This document shows, piece after piece, positions 27,604-37,655 of a stretch of 64,000 nt of DNA. How positions within the stretch are numbered: the first letter of the stretch is position 1; each line of letters begins with the position of its first letter. Source of the DNA: a virus. Where the stretch lies: positions 1-64,000 of IMG/VR virus record IMGVR_UViG_3300037247_000961; one strand, 5' to 3'. Below the pieces are notes generated by a model. It was not told where the DNA came from. It saw nothing but the letters and a program-made list of their open reading frames with translations, and ran no database searches. The position numbers and the translations under genes are program-made.

Positions 27604-28889
27604 TTTACCTCCGCAAACATACCAGCGTCCATCTGTATTCGCTTTCTAGCCATGTCCGCATATTCCGGGTTCAACTCAATCAGGATGGCACTGCGCTTGA
27701 GCCGGTCGGCAACCAGCCCCGTGGTCCCGGCTCCACCGAAGGGATCAAGCACGGTGCAGGGCACCTCTGCCAAGCCGCAGTCGCATGATGGGCTCCAGCC
27801 GACTATCTGCGTTTTGTAGCGATCACCAGCTTGTGTGCGGTCGCCGCCGTCTCGGTCTCGTGTTTTACCACGATCAAAAGCACTGCCCTTAAGATCATCG
27901 CGCAACTCGGTTGTTCTCTCCACGTCTCGCATCCACAGCGCCCCGCACTTCGGACAGCAACCTTTCTCACTCGTGCCCGCCTTGATACAGGGCTCGATCA
28001 GCGCCGGGGGGAAAGTGGCAAAGTGGGCACCAGGGAAAGGTTGCGTGGCCACGGTCCAAACATTGCGTATGTTGCGACCTAACTTCTCCTGCCGCATAAG
28101 TTTCTCGTGTTGATTATTAAGTGTCTTTTTATGTGACCGATTACCTGTTAATGTATCCTTAGGTCCACCTGTCTGGTTCTCAAAGTTGGGTTGGCTTAGG
28201 CGCGCAATCGAAACATCACTATAGGGCTCTTTCACAGCTTCAACGTCGTAGTAATACCGCTGCGACTTCGCCAATAGATATATCTTCTCGTGGCTTGACG
28301 TAGGTCGGTCAGTGACACTCTCGGGCATGGGATTCGGCTTGTGCCAAATAATCTCCGAGCGCAGCCACCAACCGTCCGCTTGCAAGGCCAGTGCCACACG
28401 GGCAGGCATCATGCAAAGGTCTTTTTCTTTAAAAGTGTCATTTCTTGTTCGTTCCAATACCGACAATCCTCGATTGGCGGATTCACAATCCAGCCCCCTA
28501 GCATTTCCAAGTGACGCATCAGCATTGTCTTTTTGCCAAGCACGAGAACGCTGTCCCCTGCCGTAAATATCTCCAAGATAGGCATGTTCCTTTCCTCCAT
28601 GTCCGCTACCGCCCTTTGCAGGATTACGGTAATAACTATCCCCAAGATTGAGCCAAACCGTTCCATCCTTCCGCAATACTCTACGCACTTCCTGAAACAC
28701 ATTGACTAATGCATCAATATAATCTTGAGGTATTTGTTCAAGGCCTATCTGCCCATCCACACCATAATCCCGTAAACCCCAATAAGGCGGACTTGTGACG
28801 ACACAATGCACAGACTCATCCGCCAAACTAGAAAGCTTCTCTTTGGCATCTCCGACAAGAATTTTTACGCTCATTTTGCTTCGCCCCAA
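27600..28889 (-). CDS. DNA amino-methyltransferase (beta class, SPPY, likely N4-C) with zinc-ribbon insert
   Basis: VTSPPY, HFATFP, CPKC...CDC, DPFGGAGTT. Confidence 0.92.
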   Translation of the reverse strand: MGRSKMSVKILVGDAKEKLSSLADESVHCVVTSPPYWGLRDYGVDGQIGLEQIPQDYIDALVNVFQEVRRVLRKDGTVWLNLGDSYYRNPAKGGSGHGGKEHAYLGDIYGRGQRSRAWQKDNADASLGNARGLDCESANRGLSVLERTRNDTFKEKDLCMMPARVALALQADGWWLRSEIIWHKPNPMPESVTDRPTSSHEKIYLLAKSQRYYYDVEAVKEPYSDVSIARLSQPNFENQTGGPKDTLTGNRSHKKTLNNQHEKLMRQEKLGRNIRNVWTVATQPFPGAHFATFPPALIEPCIKAGTSEKGCCPKCGALWMRDVERTTELRDDLKGSAFDRGKTRDRDGGDRTQAGDRYKTQIVGWSPSCDCGLAEVPCTVLDPFGGAGTTGLVADRLKRSAILIELNPEYADMARKRIQMDAGMFAEVN

Positions 28890-30865
28890 CTTGGACCGAT
28901 TTCCACGTCCACCTTGAACGGGACAAGTGCGGGTATAGTGTTCCGCATAATGCCGGCTATATGTTCACCCTCGGCGCGATCCGCAACAGAGTTGCCCGCT
29001 TCATCATGCACCTGGAGCATCAACCAATAGCCAGCAGCATCGATTTCCACGATGGCTTTCTTCATTTGATCTGCGGCAGAACCTTGAATCACTCGGTTAA
29101 AAGACTTATGCGTCCATACATACTTGTTCCCTTCCTTGACAAAATGAAGGTGCCGGCCAAGGATCGTAGTCACATAACCTCGTTTGTTAGCACGCTTCTT
29201 TGCAGCATTGGCAACTTTGCGAATGAACGGTGCATGCTCATCAAACTTGTCAAGGATGACCTGCCCTTCCACGCCAGCGGCGCGCCATACGAATCCTTCA
29301 CCAAGTTCATCATGCAAAGCATCGGCCTCTCCCTGAGTTTCGAAATGCTGAATTTTACGATTATCCCAGTTTCCCCAGGCACATGCCCAACGGGTAGAAA
29401 GTTTCAGTTGGTCACAAAGATGTGCTCCACCTTCACCATAACACAGCCCAAGGTAAATCGTTTTGGCGGGGTAGCGGTCCAAGCCTGTCAATTTTGCCAT
29501 CATGGCATGATTATCGAGCGTCGGGTCGTCGTGGTAGCGTTGCGCCATTTCCTTGGCACCAGGGAAGTCCATCAGCGCTGCAAAGTGTGTCGTCCAACGA
29601 GGCTCCTGTTGGCTGTAATCTGCAACACACCACTGTGCACCTTCCTCCGGGAGGAATATTTTTCGCCACTCGCCGGCAATCTCCGGATCTTTCTCCGGGT
29701 TGGGCTGTTGCTGCAAGTTAGGGTTCGTGGCTGAAATGCGGCCGTAGCGAACGCCCTTCTGTTCACCTGTTTCCGACTCTCGGGCAACCGGGTTAAAGGT
29801 GCAGTGGATTCGGCCATTTGTCATATGAGACCGCATCGATGCAGCGAAGGTCGTGCGCAGCTTGTTCACTTTGCGTGCACGGCCCAAGGCCTTAGTCACG
29901 GGATGATCCACCATCCCGAACACTTCCTGGGACACGCTCTTTTTACCGTTGCTTGTCGTGGGCAACTCGATCCCAATATACTCCAGCGCTGGAACCAAGG
30001 ACTCCGCCTTCCAGACGTTGCCTACTTCGATGTTAACGCCGGTCGCCGTCCGCACATAGTCCAGGGCCTTGGCCTCTTGCTTAAGTGACCAATCCTCAAT
30101 TTGTGATAGCTTATCCTGATCAATCCGAACGCCGCGGCGCCGCATGCGAACGAGTACGGGTAAGACGCGACTTTCCAGATCGTAAATACCCCAGAGATCT
30201 TTCTCTTCTATCTGGCGCTCCTGTTGTCTTAGGATAAGCAGGGGCTGCCGTGCGTCGGCCTCGGCGTATTTCCCAACGTAGCGGGCCGGCAGGCGCCACA
30301 GGCCCCCTTTGGGGTCTACCCCATAGGCCGAAGCCGCCTCCCTGAGTTTCGTTTCGTCTTTGCCAGGCCGCCCGTGACGTTCGGCAATGTTCTGGAGGCT
30401 GTAGGAGTTGTGCAGTTCATAAATCAAAGGATCAGCAATTTGAATATCCCTAAAGAATCGTATGGCAGGGAAATTGATTCCAGCTTCCCAAAAATAGTCC
30501 AGGTCATAGCTCAAATTCATTCCTACAATGTCACCGTCGAACGTGGCTCCTTGTTCCCGCATGTACCCGAGCACTTGCTCCTTGTCCAAGTTGTCGCCGC
30601 CTTCGTGAGCGAAGGGGAGATAGTAGGAAGGCCCATCCTCAATGGCGAAGCTAATGCCCACCATGTAGGCGCCGCGGCGTACCCCAACCCCCAATTCCTT
30701 GAGATGGCGGTCGTTGGTTTCACTATCAATGCCAACGCGCTTTGCGCCCTTCCACGATGGCAAATCGCTCATGGACGGAAGCTTCCAATTGCACTCTGGC
30801 TCAATCAAAGGCAACTGCAGAGGCTTAAGCTGCATCCCAATGCGGCCATCGAGGACGTCAGGCAT
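28871..30865 (-). CDS. Family A DNA polymerase with 3'-5' exonuclease (Leu at the E. coli Pol I 762 position)
   Basis: DSET exo I, DYSQQEPR motif A, KTIYLGLCYG motif B, VHDE motif C; start reassigned using GAGG RBS. Confidence 0.95.
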   Translation of the reverse strand: MPDVLDGRIGMQLKPLQLPLIEPECNWKLPSMSDLPSWKGAKRVGIDSETNDRHLKELGVGVRRGAYMVGISFAIEDGPSYYLPFAHEGGDNLDKEQVLGYMREQGATFDGDIVGMNLSYDLDYFWEAGINFPAIRFFRDIQIADPLIYELHNSYSLQNIAERHGRPGKDETKLREAASAYGVDPKGGLWRLPARYVGKYAEADARQPLLILRQQERQIEEKDLWGIYDLESRVLPVLVRMRRRGVRIDQDKLSQIEDWSLKQEAKALDYVRTATGVNIEVGNVWKAESLVPALEYIGIELPTTSNGKKSVSQEVFGMVDHPVTKALGRARKVNKLRTTFAASMRSHMTNGRIHCTFNPVARESETGEQKGVRYGRISATNPNLQQQPNPEKDPEIAGEWRKIFLPEEGAQWCVADYSQQEPRWTTHFAALMDFPGAKEMAQRYHDDPTLDNHAMMAKLTGLDRYPAKTIYLGLCYGEGGAHLCDQLKLSTRWACAWGNWDNRKIQHFETQGEADALHDELGEGFVWRAAGVEGQVILDKFDEHAPFIRKVANAAKKRANKRGYVTTILGRHLHFVKEGNKYVWTHKSFNRVIQGSAADQMKKAIVEIDAAGYWLMLQVHDEAGNSVADRAEGEHIAGIMRNTIPALVPFKVDVEIGPSWGEAK

Positions 30866-30881
30866 AATGGTTCCTCTCGGG

Positions 30882-31370
30882 TTATGCGTCCACAATGCGA
30901 ATAGATCGAGGTTGATCCGGCGTGTAAGTGATAAAACCACGCTCAGTCAGACGTCTGACGAAATTAGTGACGCATCCCACGTATTTTAATCCAAGACCCT
31001 TGGCAATCTCAGCGTAACTTGGCGAATAGCCATTGATATTCCGGTAATTGATAATGAATGCTAGGGCCTTCTTTTGTCGTTTCGTAATTCCACCGTTCCG
31101 TCGCGAATCAGGATGGCGCATATCATAGGCCATCCTGGAGCACTCAATGCAGTAGTTAGTTGAAACCGTCCGCTTCGCCATATGACCATACAAGCAAGGA
31201 TCACCGGTAGAATACTGCTTCAATCCACGGTCGCGGGCCTCTTTCCGGCAAGTTGCCGCACGCTTCCGATGGTCACGGGCTTCCTTCCAACGATTTAACT
31301 CATGTTTTTGATGCACTTTCTTTATGTTGGTTAGCCCTTGGGCGTATTCGACGGAAGTGTTTTTGCTCAT
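30882..31370 (-). CDS. Zinc-binding domain plus LexA-type HTH protein
   Basis: CLYGH...CIEC; ITKRQKKAL.FI...GYSPSYAEIA. Confidence 0.7.
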   Translation of the reverse strand: MSKNTSVEYAQGLTNIKKVHQKHELNRWKEARDHRKRAATCRKEARDRGLKQYSTGDPCLYGHMAKRTVSTNYCIECSRMAYDMRHPDSRRNGGITKRQKKALAFIINYRNINGYSPSYAEIAKGLGLKYVGCVTNFVRRLTERGFITYTPDQPRSIRIVDA

Positions 31371-32061
31371 TGCTGTCCCTTTTCATACTTGACAAGGACG
31401 TCCTCGATCTGGGCAGCAAACTTCGTAGCCACATTACGCCGATCTGCCGGCGTCGGACAGGTATTGAAAATCACCATACCGAACCAACGCGCAATGGCCA
31501 AGAACATCACCTCGATTGAGACGGGTCCGAAGATTTCGTGGAACGTTTCAATGACTTGTGTGGTGCGCGCCTCAAGAATTTTCTCGGCTCGCGCAGCTTC
31601 GGGAGTTAGTGCCACGCTTTTTCTTTCCTTGCTATTGCATCGTCGTGAAGAATTTTGGTGATTGCCGCTCGACGAATGTTTTCGGCCAAGGACTCCGTAT
31701 GCTTCTGGATATTGCTCGGTTTACCATCAGCGATAGATGCCACAAGCTGACCCGCCAAGTTACACACCACAGTTAATGCCGACTCAACATCGGACTCGCC
31801 GATTTGCTCCATAATTATGTTGGTCAGCCGCGTCACCTCATCTTGTAGGGGCGCGGCAATTGGTGGAATGGGAGGTTTAGCCACGAGATTCCATCTCCTT
31901 GATAATACTCAATTCGGCCTCTCTAATTGCCTTAGCAACACGGCGCTCAACTTCACCATAGATCGGAGGCATTAGTTGATGCAACGCCGCTCGGGCACGG
32001 TCAATCGGGTCCATACGCTTGTCGCTTAGTGGACTCTCCCACCAGCGTTCGGCCCCTTCTG

Positions 32062-32475
32062 TCATATGCCGGCGCTATCATCATTGATCAAAGATTGAAT
32101 CGCCGCGCGGCAACCAAACAAGTCTTCAACACACGACCAACGAGAAATCACGGTTACCGCAAACTCCTCCGTTTTGTCCAAGTCCTGCATGACACTGAAA
32201 TACTGTATATCGCTAAGCGATGCACATCCCTTGGGTACGCGGCGATGGTTCTTGTGCAAATCGATCAACTTATCCACAAAATGGATTGCTTTCTCCAAGT
32301 CCATCATGCCGTTGCCCTTATCGCGCCATCGGCACATATACTTGATGATGCACATTTCCAGCCCACCAAGGCCATGCTTTTCCGTAAAATCCCAGACCTG
32401 ATACCCCGCTAGATAATGATCCCCGCCAATTTGCATAGCGTTTGGATTGGCCCCGCGCCCTTCATCCTGGCTCAT
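32062..32475 (-). CDS. DUF3310-like protein
   Basis: QIGGDHY, IKYMCRWRDKG, DLEKAIHF. Confidence 0.8.
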   Translation of the reverse strand: MSQDEGRGANPNAMQIGGDHYLAGYQVWDFTEKHGLGGLEMCIIKYMCRWRDKGNGMMDLEKAIHFVDKLIDLHKNHRRVPKGCASLSDIQYFSVMQDLDKTEEFAVTVISRWSCVEDLFGCRAAIQSLINDDSAGI

Positions 32476-32489
32476 TGATGGACTCCTGG

Positions 32490-33023
32490 TTAGTTCCGGT
32501 TTTCAGGCAGCCGCGTCCATTTGTACTTGGCATAAAACTTGATGCACGGCTCGGGAAAGTTCAAAGCTCGACGCTCAATGGATTGTGTTAAGTATAGCAG
32601 ACTTTTTTCACAATGTCGATTCCCAAATGCAATTTGCTCCTGGCACCACACCCAAGACTCCAGAAGATCGATGGCGTTAAGCCAGTGGAAATCTTCATCC
32701 GTGAGAGATTCAAATCCTTCATACATCCCCCACGTTTGAAGCGCAGCCATGTTGGCTTGATCGTAGGCTTCAAAAAGAGATTCATGGTACTGAGGCGCAG
32801 GCCGCGGCATATCGCCAACCCATCGCTCAGCTCCATCGTGCCAAAGCAAAGCCTTGATCAAAGGGACTGAGGGACTTGGGTGCAAGACGAGCAACATGCT
32901 CACTGCGTCATAGCTATGCTTGCCCACGGTGTATTCGCCCATGTGGGGCACGACATGGAACCGCCGAACGTTGCCGGCTTCCCTGGTAGCCTTGACGCGG
33001 TCTACCTCGCTAAGTTCGATCAT
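32490..33023 (-). CDS. HD-domain phosphohydrolase (YfbR-like 5'-deoxynucleotidase fold)
   Basis: VRRFH, TVGKHS, HDGAERWVGD, D.LE. Confidence 0.85.
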   Translation of the reverse strand: MIELSEVDRVKATREAGNVRRFHVVPHMGEYTVGKHSYDAVSMLLVLHPSPSVPLIKALLWHDGAERWVGDMPRPAPQYHESLFEAYDQANMAALQTWGMYEGFESLTDEDFHWLNAIDLLESWVWCQEQIAFGNRHCEKSLLYLTQSIERRALNFPEPCIKFYAKYKWTRLPENRN

Positions 33024-34014
33024 CGATTCTCCTTAAAAGCCATTCGTTCGCGGCACCTTGCCAATCGGAGGCCCGTACTAGTGATACAGTATCCAGCGCC
33101 TTTCGGGCGCCGTCCATATTGAGGCCGGCTGTCGATTTGTATTGATCCCAAACTTGCCACATGGGCGCCGCCACGTGCCGGAAGAAAGGATCACGCATTC
33201 CCATGACCGGCCCTTCATCGAGGAACATGGACAACTCTCCAAGCCAGGCATCCGAATCGATGGTCGCAATAGGGACAAGGACCGCTAGAGGAGGATAAGG
33301 ATTGCTTGGAGGAAGCTTGTGAAATGAGTTCTTGATTAAATCCAATACCTTGGTTTCCGCCCCAAGGCAATTGGCTACAATTGTCATGCGCCCAATAGGG
33401 ACACTGATCGCCTTAGCAATGAACTCTTGCATCATGGAAAACACGATAGCGTCCAGACGCATGTCGAAGATATCGGCGTCCCTGTATACCACCATCATAT
33501 CCAACCGTTGAGCGTGGTTGATGCTTAGATATAGATGCGTCGCTGCAGGTAGATTCCGGCTTGTACTGCCGAAGTCCTCCCCAGCATCCCACAACGAGAT
33601 CACTGCAGCCTTGTGCCCAGGGTTGTTACGGAGCATATGAACCACGGATTTCAGTTGATCAATAGTGCCAGCCTGGTAATCCATGCCAGGATCGAAGTGC
33701 GCCCGCATGCGTTGTCCATATGCCCCATGAAGTATCTTACCATCATCACTCGTGCCCCCTTGATAGCCATCGAACTTAGCCAGAAACGTAACGTCATTGC
33801 GGCCACCGAGCACCCATAGACTTGTGAACAGTGCGACGAACGGATTCAGGTCATACTCAGTCCCACGTGACAATCGCTCCATGGGCTCCGTCATCATGAG
33901 GGCCACGGGACTGGTTATCTCGGTCATGTGCCTCTTGGGCTGTCCCTCATCGAAAAGCAATTCCAGACCCTGGGGTATGACCTCGTGCATGTTGCGGCCA
34001 TAGATCATTTGCAT
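33010..34014 (-). CDS. Thymidylate synthase-fold dUMP hydroxymethylase homologue, apparently catalytically dead
   Basis: NPF..LW.LGGRND, SDDG..HGAYG.R, DQL, LWD scaffold retained; PC replaced by PA, RSND by RDAD, HxY absent. Confidence 0.8.
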   Translation of the reverse strand: MQMIYGRNMHEVIPQGLELLFDEGQPKRHMTEITSPVALMMTEPMERLSRGTEYDLNPFVALFTSLWVLGGRNDVTFLAKFDGYQGGTSDDGKILHGAYGQRMRAHFDPGMDYQAGTIDQLKSVVHMLRNNPGHKAAVISLWDAGEDFGSTSRNLPAATHLYLSINHAQRLDMMVVYRDADIFDMRLDAIVFSMMQEFIAKAISVPIGRMTIVANCLGAETKVLDLIKNSFHKLPPSNPYPPLAVLVPIATIDSDAWLGELSMFLDEGPVMGMRDPFFRHVAAPMWQVWDQYKSTAGLNMDGARKALDTVSLVRASDWQGAANEWLLRRIDDRT

Positions 34015-34578
34015 TATTGACGCTCCTTCCATTCTTCAAACTTCCGTGGATTGCTCAGCGGCTTCCATTTCCACCACCTCAGCGAGCATCGTCTGCAACA
34101 GAACCACCTCAGCACGGTCACCGCGGTCCAAAGGATAGCCGGCCTTTTCCAACAACGACCAGTGATCAAGCTTGGCCACGATCCTTTCGTGCAGGCCCCT
34201 GCGTTTGATAGCATCAACACTGGATTGGTGTTTGGCCCGCGCATCTTCGCGGAGTTCGACTTGCTCGTCGGTCAATTCCGGGAATACCTCGTCCGGGCTA
34301 ATCGATTCTTTTGGTCTATCCATTGGAACTTCCTACCTCAAGCTGCCCATGCTCGACCAACTCCGCGCGGATGATGTCGCGCAGTTCCAATAGGTGCGCC
34401 AGTTGCTCGCGCTCGTTATCGGCAAACTCGAAGCCATCCTTGCCTGCCCATGCTTTTCGTTCCCAGTCATGCATCGAGGCGATCTTGTTCAACACGCGCT
34501 CGTATGCCAAGCGGCGATGGACGGCGCGGACGCCGTCCATGTGCTTTTGATGAATCAACATGCGGTCGGATAGCTTTG

Positions 34579-35154
34579 TCATGAAGCGATCTGGTACACG
34601 TTGCCACGGCCCTCGACCCGGCTCTTGGTCACCGGCAAGCCAAGGCGCTTCTTCACATCCCGACTGATGGCCCCGCGTGCCGTGTGATTAAGCCAGTTCA
34701 ATGCCTCGGCAATCTCCTTGATCGATGCGCCCTCGGGCCGCTTGAGCAAGGCGATAAGAGCCGCTTGCTTAGAGCCGTCACGCACCTTGCTCTTAGGCTC
34801 CTTACCCAAGGGCGCCAAAGGCTCCTTGCCGGTGGTAGGCACCACCGGCGCTGCCCCCGGTACTGGTTCCGGCATAGGCAGGCCTTTCATCGAGTCCGGC
34901 AGATCGTCGTTGAACTCCTCCATATCGTCGAAGGCGACATCGTACTTGAGCAGCAAGTCGATCACTGCTTTGATGCCCTTGGCCTTGTTCTGGAACATCT
35001 TGATGCGACGGCCCAAATCCAAATTGGAAACGAGAAGGTTGCGCAACTCGACCAGCTTCTCCGCGGCCAAAGTGTCCAGAAAGATAGCATCTTCTGGGGC
35101 ACCCACGCTGCCCTCAACGATGTACTTCTTACCTAAGAATTCGACGGTTTTCAT
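34579..35154 (-). CDS. DUF3489-like winged-helix protein
   Basis: SKQAALIALLKRPEGASIKEIAEALNWLNHTARGAIS...KKRLGL; AGGAG RBS before MKTVEF. Confidence 0.8.
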   Translation of the reverse strand: MKTVEFLGKKYIVEGSVGAPEDAIFLDTLAAEKLVELRNLLVSNLDLGRRIKMFQNKAKGIKAVIDLLLKYDVAFDDMEEFNDDLPDSMKGLPMPEPVPGAAPVVPTTGKEPLAPLGKEPKSKVRDGSKQAALIALLKRPEGASIKEIAEALNWLNHTARGAISRDVKKRLGLPVTKSRVEGRGNVYQIAS

Positions 35155-35200
35155 GGCTTCTGCTCCTTGACCAGAAAGGGTTGAATCAATGATGTTATCC

Positions 35201-35229
35201 ATTATCCCATCGCCATCAAGAAATGTCAA
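35201..35229 (-). promoter_or_regulatory. sigma70-like promoter TTGACA-N17-GATAAT
   Basis: Perfect -35 with 17-nt spacer. Confidence 0.7.
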
Positions 35230-35473
35230 CACCTTATTTTAAGGTGAAATCTTCACCTTCCCGGACAAATTTCAAATTCGCCTAATTGCATGCCGGCCTT
35301 ACACCAACGAGCCCAATCGAGCATGGACTGGCGTTCGTCATATGCCAACCGTCCCCGCTTCCAACTCAGGTCCGTAAACTGCCTAATGATCTGCGTATCA
35401 TTTTCCTCGGCAAACAGGATTCCATGATAGGCCAGCGTAACCCCTATGATGATAACTGACGCAGCTTGACTCA

Positions 35474-37291
35474 TCAATCGCATTCTTTGCGCCCCGTAAC
35501 TTCATCGATGTGGCACATGGTGGTTGCCACCAAGTCCGTTGGGCTGGGCAACGAATCATCCCCTTTCACAGTAAAAATGCCAGTGCGCATCCCGTCAATG
35601 CGAAATGTGGTCAACCCCTTTGCCCCACGGCGCCAGGCCTCGGTGTACAGTTCCTTGAACTCATCCCACTTCACAGAGCCAGGTACATTGCAAGTTTTAG
35701 ATACGGCACTGTCAATGTGGGTTTGCGCCGTACAAAGGACGTCAAGATGCTCTTGTACCGTAACGAACTCGCTGATCTTGCCGCGAACCCCAAACACGCG
35801 AAGGCCATAATCTTCAACGTCCTCGTGAATAACTCCCTCCGCCGTATTGATCTCACGATTAAAGGAATAGGCAAAAACTGGCTCCAAGCCACTCGACACG
35901 TTGTCAGCACAAAGGCTAATTGTGCCAGTTGGCGCAATGCTTGTGAGATGGCTATTGCGAATGCCGTAGCGCGCAATCCCTTCCCGGACATCATCGTCGA
36001 GCGTAGCTATAAATGCGCCCGACAAATATGAATCTTTGTCAAATAGCTTAAATGACCCTTTCTCACGGGCTAAATCAATCGATGCCAAATAGCATTCCCG
36101 AGTTAGCCGTTGCAGAATCATGTTTTCCAATCGAAGGAAATCCGGCGAACCATAGCCACCTGGAATCATGGCCTCGATACAGTTGGCCATTCCAGTTACA
36201 CCAATCCCCATACGACGCTTCCTCTGGGCTTCCTTCTTTTGTTCATATGTAGGATATTTGGCCTGGTCAATCACATTATCCATGGCACGGACGACACAGG
36301 GAATGTCTTTACCAAAACGATCCCAATCGAATATGCGACGCATCCCTTCCGTCTTGACATATTTGACAAGATTCATGCTGCCCAAGAGGCAAGCACCGTG
36401 AGGCGGAAGTGGTTGCTCAGCACAGGGATTCGTCGCCGCGATTTTTTCGCAATACCATAAATTATTCATGCGATTGATCGTATCAATGAACAACACCCCA
36501 GGTTCACCCCAATCCCAGGTTGAACGCATGACCATTTCCCAAAGCGCACATGGATCGATGTGGCGGTATACCCGACCATCAAACCGCAACGGGAAGGGTT
36601 TGCCCTCGGCAAGACACTCCATGAACTCATCAGTCACCGCAATGGACATATTGAACGCGGTTAAAGGCAATGTTTTTTGCAGCGCCTTCCATGCCCGCAG
36701 GCGGACGTTGGGGTCTTTGATCTGTTCAACCAACTCCCAAAGCACGCGCTGCTCTGGCGACGGGTGCTTGGCATTGATAAACATTTCGATGTCCGGGTGA
36801 TCAATTCTCAGAACTGCCATTTGTGCGCCGCGTCTATGGCCGGCGGAGGCAATCGTCTTACACAGGCTGTTATGGATCGACATGAATGAGACTGGCCCAG
36901 ACGCATAAGTATGCTGTGTTCTGATCAAATCCTTATAAGGACGCAACGTTGAAAAGTCGTAACCAATACCCCCTCCCATGCGCATCGTCGCCGCAGCCTC
37001 GGCCAACCGACCCATGATGGAACCGTTGCCATCGACCATGCTGTCCTCGATAATGCCAGACACAAAACAATTGTATGGTGTCACTTCCCAAAGCGCGCCA
37101 ACTGCGGCCTGTATTCGACCAGCGGGGAGGAAGAATTGATTGAGAAGGAGTTGGCTAAAATGTTTAAAATGGTCGTCGTCGTCTTTGAGCGCGGCGGCAA
37201 CTCGGTAGCCATAATCCCGAAACGTCTCTTGTGGTCCACGGTACTTTTCACCGTGCATAGCATCACTGAATGCGAGTTGTGGGCCTTGCAT
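35474..37291 (-). CDS. nrdJ: Class II (B12-dependent) ribonucleotide reductase
   Basis: NCFV, TNPCAEQPL, IAPTGTIS, C-terminal Cys pair; no beta-subunit gene nearby. Confidence 0.9.
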   Translation of the reverse strand: MQGPQLAFSDAMHGEKYRGPQETFRDYGYRVAAALKDDDDHFKHFSQLLLNQFFLPAGRIQAAVGALWEVTPYNCFVSGIIEDSMVDGNGSIMGRLAEAAATMRMGGGIGYDFSTLRPYKDLIRTQHTYASGPVSFMSIHNSLCKTIASAGHRRGAQMAVLRIDHPDIEMFINAKHPSPEQRVLWELVEQIKDPNVRLRAWKALQKTLPLTAFNMSIAVTDEFMECLAEGKPFPLRFDGRVYRHIDPCALWEMVMRSTWDWGEPGVLFIDTINRMNNLWYCEKIAATNPCAEQPLPPHGACLLGSMNLVKYVKTEGMRRIFDWDRFGKDIPCVVRAMDNVIDQAKYPTYEQKKEAQRKRRMGIGVTGMANCIEAMIPGGYGSPDFLRLENMILQRLTRECYLASIDLAREKGSFKLFDKDSYLSGAFIATLDDDVREGIARYGIRNSHLTSIAPTGTISLCADNVSSGLEPVFAYSFNREINTAEGVIHEDVEDYGLRVFGVRGKISEFVTVQEHLDVLCTAQTHIDSAVSKTCNVPGSVKWDEFKELYTEAWRRGAKGLTTFRIDGMRTGIFTVKGDDSLPSPTDLVATTMCHIDEVTGRKECD

Positions 37292-37309
37292 TGAATTCTC
37301 CCTCCGGCG

Positions 37310-37570
37310 CTATTTCGTGCTCAACTGTTCAACAACGCGCTGGACCGTCTCCAGATCTTTGGACCGGCGTTCTTGCATGCGCCAGACTTGACTGGCTTGG
37401 AGTGCTCGCAGAAGTCTTTCACAGGGCTCCACGAAGGCATCGTCACCTATGCGACTTTCACAGATAGATATCGCATCGATCTTCGCCCACTGCGTCAACG
37501 TTTGCTCGTCCGCTTTCGCAATCAGCGGAACAGCAACCGCCAAAAAGAAAATTAGGTGTTTCATGTTCAA
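37310..37570 (-). CDS. Small exported protein
   Basis: Signal peptide MKHLIFFLAVAVPLIAKA; two Cys. Confidence 0.55.
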   Translation of the reverse strand: MNMKHLIFFLAVAVPLIAKADEQTLTQWAKIDAISICESRIGDDAFVEPCERLLRALQASQVWRMQERRSKDLETVQRVVEQLSTK

Positions 37571-37579
37571 GGTTCCTTT

Positions 37580-37655
37580 TGGTAGCGGGGGCCGGATTCG
37601 AACCGGCGACCTTCAGAATATGAATCTGACGAGCTACCAACTGCTCTACCCCGCA
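37580..37655 (-). tRNA. tRNA-Met(CAT), initiator-like body with altered anticodon stem
   Basis: TGCGGGGTAGAGCAG.TGGTAGCTCG, 1:72 mismatch, TCAGA-TTCATAT-TCTGA, CCA. Confidence 0.92.

Noticed and set aside
22481-28889. Restriction-modification system
   Set aside because: The methyltransferases appear to be orphans, and the nearby PD-(D/E)XK protein fits a resolvase-like replication nuclease.
32490-33023. Z-genome (DatZ/PurZ) pathway
   Set aside because: The HD protein is present but no PurZ/PurA homologue is in the window; the context fits the dUMP-hydroxymethylase block.
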